Source of the DNA: Balanoglossus misakiensis
Taxonomy: Eukaryota > Animalia > Hemichordata
Length of the DNA: 64,000 bases
Assembly (NCBI GenBank): GCA_040954595.2
Contig: CM082596.2
Span: 467,468-531,467 of the forward strand
Direction: 5' to 3'
Part shown: in pieces, positions 56,006-64,000 of the stretch
Position numbering within the stretch: the stretch's first letter is position 1
Layout of the letters: each line of letters begins with the position of its first letter
Translations under genes and position numbers: made by a program
Notes under the pieces: generated by a model
What the model saw: the letters and a program-made list of their open reading frames with translations, nothing else
The model's database searches: none
Told to the model about the DNA's origin: nothing

Positions 56006-56682
56006 TGCTGCAAAGAAAAACAAATATGATGCAATAAACAAAATTATTCTGAAATTACACATGACGGGAGATTTCATCTGTTGGTATCTGTGTGTGCAAT
56101 AGTACGATTTACTCAAAATAGAATTCAACGCCAGCAAAGTGTAAAATTTGTCAGGGCAAAATGACATAATAGTACTTCACTCAGTATATAACAACCTTCA
56201 GCCTTGTGCATGTCAATATGACGTCACATTCTACGTACACTGTCGACTCTGCATGTGTGGCATGGGAAAGGTACATGACCAGTCTACACCCTCAATAGTA
56301 AAACGGAAGACATATCTCAGACAGGCCACGACCACAACACAGATCAGAGTCAGGGTGTCTCTTCAAACGCTTTAAACATATTGAACTGAAGTATGAATGA
56401 CTGGGTCATTTAAAAGTCTGGATCATGCCTGCCATGTTGCCAATGCCATGCCTTGCAGACGACCACCAGTATCTCTCGATTCTACGAATTACAGGCTGTC
56501 TCCTTACAAAATTTTAAAACACAGGCTTACCTGGTTGTATGTAGGGGTAAAATACTATGTCTAAGATCTCCTTCTTACGCGTTATTTATTAAGTTTCCCT
56601 GACAATATTGGTGTTGCAGAGCGTTGCGGACAGTTAGGAAATACCATAGGACGAGTTGCAAGTTTACGCATGCGTGAATGTT

Positions 56683-56739
56683 TGAACTCTGACCTATGGA
56701 GGTCAACGTTTTTTTTAGCACCGACCGATGGAGGCGCTG
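56683..56739. promoter_or_regulatory. OLA1 promoter-proximal motifs
   Basis: TGAACTcTGACCTatggAGGTCA (DR1 plus everted repeat) and GATGGAGGCGCTG, just upstream of the putative non-coding first exon. Confidence 0.35.
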
Positions 56740-59504
56740 TTGAAATGTCGATTACATGTACATGTATATCATTTTATTTTGTGCGAATTATTTATACCCC
56801 ATCAGCTGACGGTAACAAGCTCTCCACACAACGAGAAACACCTTTAGATCTACTTCATTTACTAGCGCCATGTACGGAGCCGTGCGTATTTTATGTTTCA
56901 CTCTTAAAGATTTCATAATAATGATGTAAATGGCTGCCGCAGTGAAGAAATGTCAGAGTAACAAGCTGTCACTAAAATATCGAATTATCATTTGTCATAG
57001 TTTCGTACCATACTCCAAATATTACAGGTTCTAAATACTATACTGCAGTGAACCTTTTTGAAGAGGTCAGGAAGTAAATGTTTATATTGTGCTTGAAGCA
57101 ATATTTTCTCGTGAGTACATCACGACAGTTGTCAGCTCGTTTAGAAGAAAATTTAGTACTTTTCGGATAAGATTCGAAAGAAAGTAAATACGTTTCTAAA
57201 ATTTGGTGACTCATCGCGCAAACACTCGGCAAAGGTCCAACCATTTATTAAAACCTGGCGCCAAAATCATTATATTCTCACTGAAGGTGGGGGGGGGGGG
57301 GTACAAAATGTGTAAATCGGTTAATTTCTAATGTTACACATGATTTCATTCTACTTAATCAAGCGTTTATAAGTTTCGTATGAATTTTTCTCTTCTCGTC
57401 ATCTGATATGCGGTTTGGGACAGCTCACACCTCATCAATTTTATGATCCAGACCATCCCAAGTCAACGCTTCTATTGAGGATTGTTTCATCAATTTAGCA
57501 ATGGCCGCGTGCATGGAAATTCATTCCCAATAAATTATATCTGACTATATTTAATTAACCGGGAATAAAATGCGGTGAATGGCGTTCCATTTTTTTGTTT
57601 AACGCTCGTTTACACAGTCACGCAACATGACTCATATTGGTTAGTCTCATCGCGACACGATGCGGTTAACAGAAAGAATGCTCCGATGGTTTTTACTGTT
57701 TCTTTTCGGTAATTGGTTCGGTCATGCCTTATACTATGTCAAACGCGGAAAAAAATCATTTATACCGTACTATTGGTGACTTTATGTTATTCCTTGGAAA
57801 TGACCTGTTGGGTAGAACTTTCGTGATTTTCTTCGAGAGTAAACCTGGAATCAAATCTAGAACATCGCCCTCAAACAGATAGGGCTGAAAAGTCATCTAC
57901 AACGTACGACGACAACTCCACTGTCTTCTCCCCGGATCATCTCGAACTCTCATCGTCTCTATCTGCTATTGACCTCCCCGTCCATGTGTTCATATATTTA
58001 TCACCGTGACCTGCGCCTGGTGTCTACCCCTTTCTCGTGACTTGAAAGACCGCGTGATGACTTATGTCCATTAGTCGTGACGTATATCATGAACACCTGG
58101 TGCCTATCAATACTTGCAACAGTGGATACGTTTGTCCCTGGTATGGTAGAACATACGTGTTCATTTTGTTGACATTCCGGCCCTGGTAGTCAGATCTCAG
58201 AGCGCCCTCATATGGTTTTAAGATGAAATTATTGGCTAGGAAAAGGAGACTATACGACTACTTCCCTTCGGAATATACTCTAAATTATGTTAAGTACATG
58301 TATGTCATAATTATAGTATGATGCGATGTGATGTGCACAAAATGCATAAGCAGTGACAATGTTCTCGGGAACTGATTTCCTCGAGAAAAAATAAGAAACA
58401 ACGTCTTTCAGAGTTCTGTATGAGCTGAGCTGAGGGAGCTAGACACTTCTTTAATTTAATCAGTAAAAAGTAGCGAATCCTATTGTCGTTAGAATTCTAC
58501 TCATGGTTTGCTCAGAGGCAGCATAGTCGTCAATAACATTGTGGGATACGAACCATAAATTAAGATGACCATCTAAGTATTTTGTCATCGCTACAAACAT
58601 TGTGAGAACAGAGCTGTAACGAAGGACAGTCCATCACAATTCTGGGAGTCTAACAAAAAATGCAAGCAGCAAGCATAACACGCAGAAAAACTCACATAAA
58701 ACAAAAAGCACCTAAATAATGACAAAAATAACGACTTCGTCCTTGAAGGAAGCGGAGAATCTTGTAAAAAGGTGAGCAAACGAAGTCTTTGTTCCAACAA
58801 TGCGTTATTTCCACATCACAATACCTTACTCTGCCGTTTCCAAAAATACTTAAAATTTGCACAGTTTCCTTCAAGTTGGTAACAAACAATTTTCAAATAC
58901 ACAAAGACTTGTAGATGGTCGACAAGATATCATCAACTATTGTGCGTCACCAGTCACTCTAGAGTTGGAGTTTCAATCTCGAAGACTTGCCGACAAGCAA
59001 TCCCTTTTGCGCGGTGGAGGTTTATTGATGGCACATGTCTGCAATTCTAAATTGATACCTTCATTTCAATGTTACATTCTTTGCTATGTTTCTGTTTTCT
59101 GGCCAACAAACTCTTTTTTTCACAGCGACAATATAGACAGGGTTTGCATGACTGGTCGTCTTTAGGATTCTCCTTTCGCCTGAGGCCAATCAAGCTGCCA
59201 GAGATGACGATGCTATACACCACCTGGCATGACGAACTCATAACTCTTCTATACAATTTCCACTTTGATGTTTCACATGTATTATTTTCGACCCAGGACA
59301 AATGATCTTGTTTCCTCTAATCGTGAATCACGACGTGTCAAAACTGTAATAATGCTCGTATTCCAAACAACTTTTCTTCGTATTAAATTATTGAATAGAT
59401 TTATTAAAATTCATTTAGTAAACCACGCAATTTTAAACCGACGATGGTTTTCATTTAAGTCAATATCTGCTACTAAATAAGGATTGCCTGATCAGTATTG
59501 TACA

Positions 59505-59537
<33 letters not shown>

Positions 59538-59572
59538 CAGAGAGAGACAGAGAGAGACAGAGAGAGAGAGAG
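59505..59572. repeat. (TG)n/(AG)n/(AGAGAGACAG)n compound microsatellite
   Basis: Seen directly in the sequence. Confidence 0.95.
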
Positions 59573-62500
59573 CAGTTGCAACGTTAAATGCCGTAACTTT
59601 GCCAGATAAATCGCTTTGTAAACTTTAAACTTTATAATTATGCGGTTTAATGACACGTGACTAGTTCAAATGGAGTGTTTACTATAAATGTACCAATTTT
59701 CCACTTTTATTATTGCCTGTTCCCGAAAACAATACACAGTTTGGAAATTTTACATGTTCCCCTTGAACGTGAAACTTGTCTGTTTCGTTTTAAAAACAAT
59801 TAATAGAATTTATTACAGGTGAAAACATTTAATTGTCTGTAGTGGGGCGGGTCTGTATTTATCGGCGCCTCTCAACCGTTGTATGGGAATTGTATTTTTC
59901 TCATTTGAAACAAACCGAACAAGCAACTTCGAGGTCAAAGTTCACCCAACAGGTCAGTTCCTGTCGTGGGAAAGTTGCGTTTCATAGAGGTCCAACATAC
60001 TGCTGAATGCCTCCAAGTATTCAAACCAAGAGACACGCAGAAATCACTCTGTCGCGTCCAGGGAAACAGAATTGCATTATAGGAAAAAAAAGTTATATAT
60101 CATAATTATGCGCACAATGTTAGTCCAACTCATTGTAACATCAACATCTTTGCGCCTTCTCTCAAAATAACCATCTTAATGATTTTAAGTTACCTGAAAG
60201 ATGGAAGGCAAATATGGCGGTTTTACTGAGAAAGAATAAAAGAGATTGGCAAATTTTGAAATAACGTACAATTGTACACAGGTATGAAAATGTATGTGTA
60301 AATTGCGCTTTAGAAAGTCGCGTGTCTGGATGGTACGACAATGAGAAAGTGATGTTTGCGGCATTCTTCGTTGGGGGTAGCAATAATCATGACATCCTAA
60401 CTACCTTGGACAGGGATTTTTTGTTTGTTGATCTGTCATCTTTGTTGAAGCCATGAGAAGTTTTGTCTAGCTCGAGGAAATCATCAACGTTAAGCCACCC
60501 AGTACAGAGATACAATAGAAATTGCCGGTGGATAAAGACTTTACTCGTCGGGAGATGGGGCTGATGGGACCAGATAGCTGTAACATTTGGCAGAGTTTTA
60601 TTTCTGACTGACTGAACACAAGTATCTGGAACCCTTAAACGACTGATTCGTGGAAGATAAGAATAAAACTCTGAAGGATCTGTGTAGAAATGCAAACCAT
60701 TGGTTTTGCAGGCAATTCTTAAGAGTTAATCAATTGTAAGATAACAATGAGGGACTGGGAGTTGGAGGAGATGTGGCCGTACTCACGGCGCCACTAGCTG
60801 AATGGCCATCGTTTTCAATCCCCCTAATTTTCAATTGTGTTGTCAAGCCCTTGATCAGAGAGTCTTTGACACCTCACTGCTTGTATTTCTCGCCTTTTAG
60901 TTTGTCAGTAATCTAGAGTCTCTCAAGACAACTAGATAAATACAGTGATTTGACTGCTGTACCACACTGTTCATCATGCAATTTACCAAAAACCATTGAG
61001 GGAACAGACCGAAATCTATAACGTGTATTTAAGAAATCAACTCTGACTAAGCCCGATCAACATTCTGAAATTGAAACATGACGGCATCTTTGTCTGCACT
61101 CTTCTCAGACACAAAAGTTTGCAGACCAGACGAATCCCTCGTTTAAATAAAAATGAAAACTTGGTGATGCCATTTAACGAGATTGTTAAAAACATGTTTG
61201 TAAAGATAACAGTGGCTACATAGTTTCTCTCCATTTGTTTTTTCACTTTCTCTTACGGTTAAGTTTGTGGCGTTGCCTGTGGCTGTCTGCCCGCAATGTG
61301 AAGAGGAACTGTCTTGTTGGTAGGTAAGACTTGATTGGTCTTTTGAGCTGATGCTGGGGACAGAATGACATATGTGACGATTTATTTTGTTTGTGTTGGA
61401 TTTGTAAGGCGGCGGCTTGCAGGCGAATGCGCGAAAAGTTGCCTCGATTCTGTGGAGAGATTATACAAATACATCTGCTCCATGTCTGCGAAACATTTGA
61501 AGATGACTGAAGTTTGTTTACATGGAAAATTCGAGTTGATTATTCCAGTAGAAGAATGTGCATTGATTCAATGGGGTCATAGGTAAGTTTTCATTTGGAA
61601 ATGAAAAAATACGGAAATCAATTAAATTTAAATGACTCTTTGAGACATAATTAACACCAAGAAAAATAGTATTTTTATTGAGTAAATGGGAAACGGTTAA
61701 AGTAAAGATTGGAATGAACTTTAAAAGTCACAATCTGGAATTCGGCGGGAATCCTGATGGCGCAGTGCACAAAGCAGAGGAAATTACCGAATTTCATTTG
61801 CACGTTTTTGAATGCGAAACTGAGTGGTAAGTGAATTAGACTTATTGACGTGTAGACATCAATATTTCTCAATTTCGACGATAATTTATTGAAATGCAAC
61901 ACTTAACAGATGCAGTAACAAAACCCTGCAAAATTGGTGCTGAACTTTCGACTAATTTTCCACTAATGTTAGTTGATTGACTGTAGTTGAGGGAAAACGC
62001 TTCTTCTCGCAGTTCTTTCGGGATCGCGACAAAGGAGCGAAATTGGCGGCAAGTGTAGAGGCATCAAAGCCTGATATATTGCTCTTATATCCGTGAAACT
62101 CAGAATCAAATATCAACTGCAGAAAAATAGAACCAATACTACTCTAATCATCTTCTAGATTCATGTAGTAAAACATAATTGAAAACACTCTCCATTTTAA
62201 TGTTGCTAAGGCAAATCTGTGCGATTTTATCTATACACGATTATATATATATAATATATTCAAAGAAAGAATTCAGTTTGTTCCTCTTAGTCGTTAGGCG
62301 ACACTGAGTGCCTGAAAACTGAGTTTGTTTCTCAAAATACGGCGTGATTTGTTCGGCTGACTTCATCTCCTCGCCGATTATTAATAATATAACATCGTTG
62401 TGGAGTTTGCAAAATTTATATCTTGGCGAATTCTGGCTGCAATTTCCCCCAATTATCTCTCTTCGGTTTGTTGCAATTTACTCCAATTAATTAATCATTA

Positions 62501-64000
62501 ACGTTGCAAATTTGGTGAAAATGTCCCCTAAATAAAGGTAGGAACGAAGGCAGTAAATTAGTTTCCAGCCCATTGCTTTCAGCAAACCAAGTGTCGAAAT
62601 CAGCCTATTCATTCCGAGTGTCTCTTTAGCAATTTGGTCAAAGTGGGTCCGTGTTTGATTAAACCATTTGTGAGTGTGTTTGCCTCTAAATTCGGTCATC
62701 AAATACGCTTCATTTTGTCGTCGTCTGTGTTTAAAAAGCAAAAATTACAACACTCATTGTTGCACGTCAAAATGTAATCAGGGACGACCTCTGCACGACA
62801 ATTTGTGCTCGACGTCCTTTTAAGGAAGACAGGACGTTGGTGGTCGATGTACGCAGTCGCGATGGTCACCGAGTGTGTAGGTGTTACACTGACGTGGTTG
62901 TTACGTCTATGCCTGTTCACATACTCCCTCCCACTCTCAACATTAAACTGTACACGATCGCTTCCAGTTCTTATAAACTTTACCATAAACCATCAAAAAC
63001 TATTGCGCAGTGACACTTATGTCAGTTTAGGGTCAGGGTTACCACGTGACATTTTCCAGCTTTTGCGAATCTTTCCTTTTACAAAGTATCTATGGAATTC
63101 ACTTTCTACAAGATAAACAATTTAATACATCAGAGTGTCAAGAACTGTAGAATAAGATGACAAAATATTAGAAACTGATTTTGAGGGACAACAATGGGTA
63201 AATTCAACACCGCATGTCACGTTGTGTAAATTTAGTTGCTCTAAACGATCGAACTGAATAGACGTTTAAAGTTTGATTAAAATATTAAATTGATTTCAAT
63301 TTCTGAAGGGTTGAATAAATAGTGGTGAAAAAGGGACAAACGGGAAGTCTGCTGAAAATACTCAGGCAACTTTATAAATATCCAACGTATCCACAGCGGC
63401 GAATTGACGGCAATTGACTGCAATTTGAATGAGCTGCCTTTCTTCCGGGACGATTATAACAAAGGTTAAAAAATGAAATCAAACTCTCCAGGAAAAGTGC
63501 ATACGTGATTCAAGCCCCGTCGGTTTGAAACGCTCACTCAATTACACAGACCCTGGAGAACGCTAGATGTATATCGTATTGCATAGAAAAAGACGGAAAT
63601 GTTTTCAGCTGTTTGGATGCCAATTGTCAATTCACAGGCCTGAGATTTAATATCGGCAGATCACTTGTATTATGAAGTCGAATCAAAGTAATTTGGAACC
63701 AGATTTTTGGCCTATACTGCCGGAATTAATGTCCTGAAAGAATTATTAGTGCGATGAGCGCGCCATTGAGGTCTGTTTATCTCCACATTTTAAGTACTGC
63801 ATTGAATCTGGGATTCTCTCGCTTAATAGAAAAAAAATGTAAGTAAACAAAACACGAAGAGGCGCTATTCAAAATGGTTCAGACGACAGTTTTACGTACC
63901 AGTCAAAAGTAAATTTATCAACAATACACTAACCTAACCCAATATTCCCATGGGGATAAATATTCGTTGCCACGGCAACGCGATCGTTTTGAGGACGTTA

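Noticed and set aside
57800-63116. Short ORFs in the distal region (e.g. 58857..59165, 60387..60695, 62805..63116)
   Set aside because: No recognisable domains or consistent exon chain, and the lengths are those expected by chance.

Overview
Intron-containing, AT-rich animal genomic DNA. It is an invertebrate bilaterian, plausibly an ambulacrarian or other non-vertebrate deuterostome, but the species cannot be determined from sequence alone. Bases 1-~13,030 are a homogeneous 88-bp tandem satellite (~147 copies), probably running off a contig end. It ends in a complex edge (13,014-14,322) with two palindromic inversion junctions, two diverged satellite subfamilies, a tRNA-like element, a 22-bp hairpin and a lone inverted monomer. 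Four spliced genes follow, all built by hand from GT-AG junctions with consistent reading frames: retinoic acid receptor RAR/NR1B (- strand, CDS 17,468 to 23,165 plus an uncertain first exon); a Rev-erb/NR1D-like nuclear receptor (+, 34,186-36,629, head-to-head with RAR, no helix 12, heme-ligating His replaced by Asn); an Sp1-4 zinc-finger factor (-, 40,899-47,130); and OLA1/YchF ATPase (-, 52,701-56,005, with a 12-nt micro-exon). RAR-NR1D-Sp1-4-OLA1 brings together neighbours that are spread over the Hox-bearing paralogons in vertebrates. The last ~7 kb appears non-coding. Nuclear-receptor DR1-type elements, clock E/D-boxes and CTCF-like motifs are scattered through the genic part. No database searches were run; homology calls come from recognised motifs.
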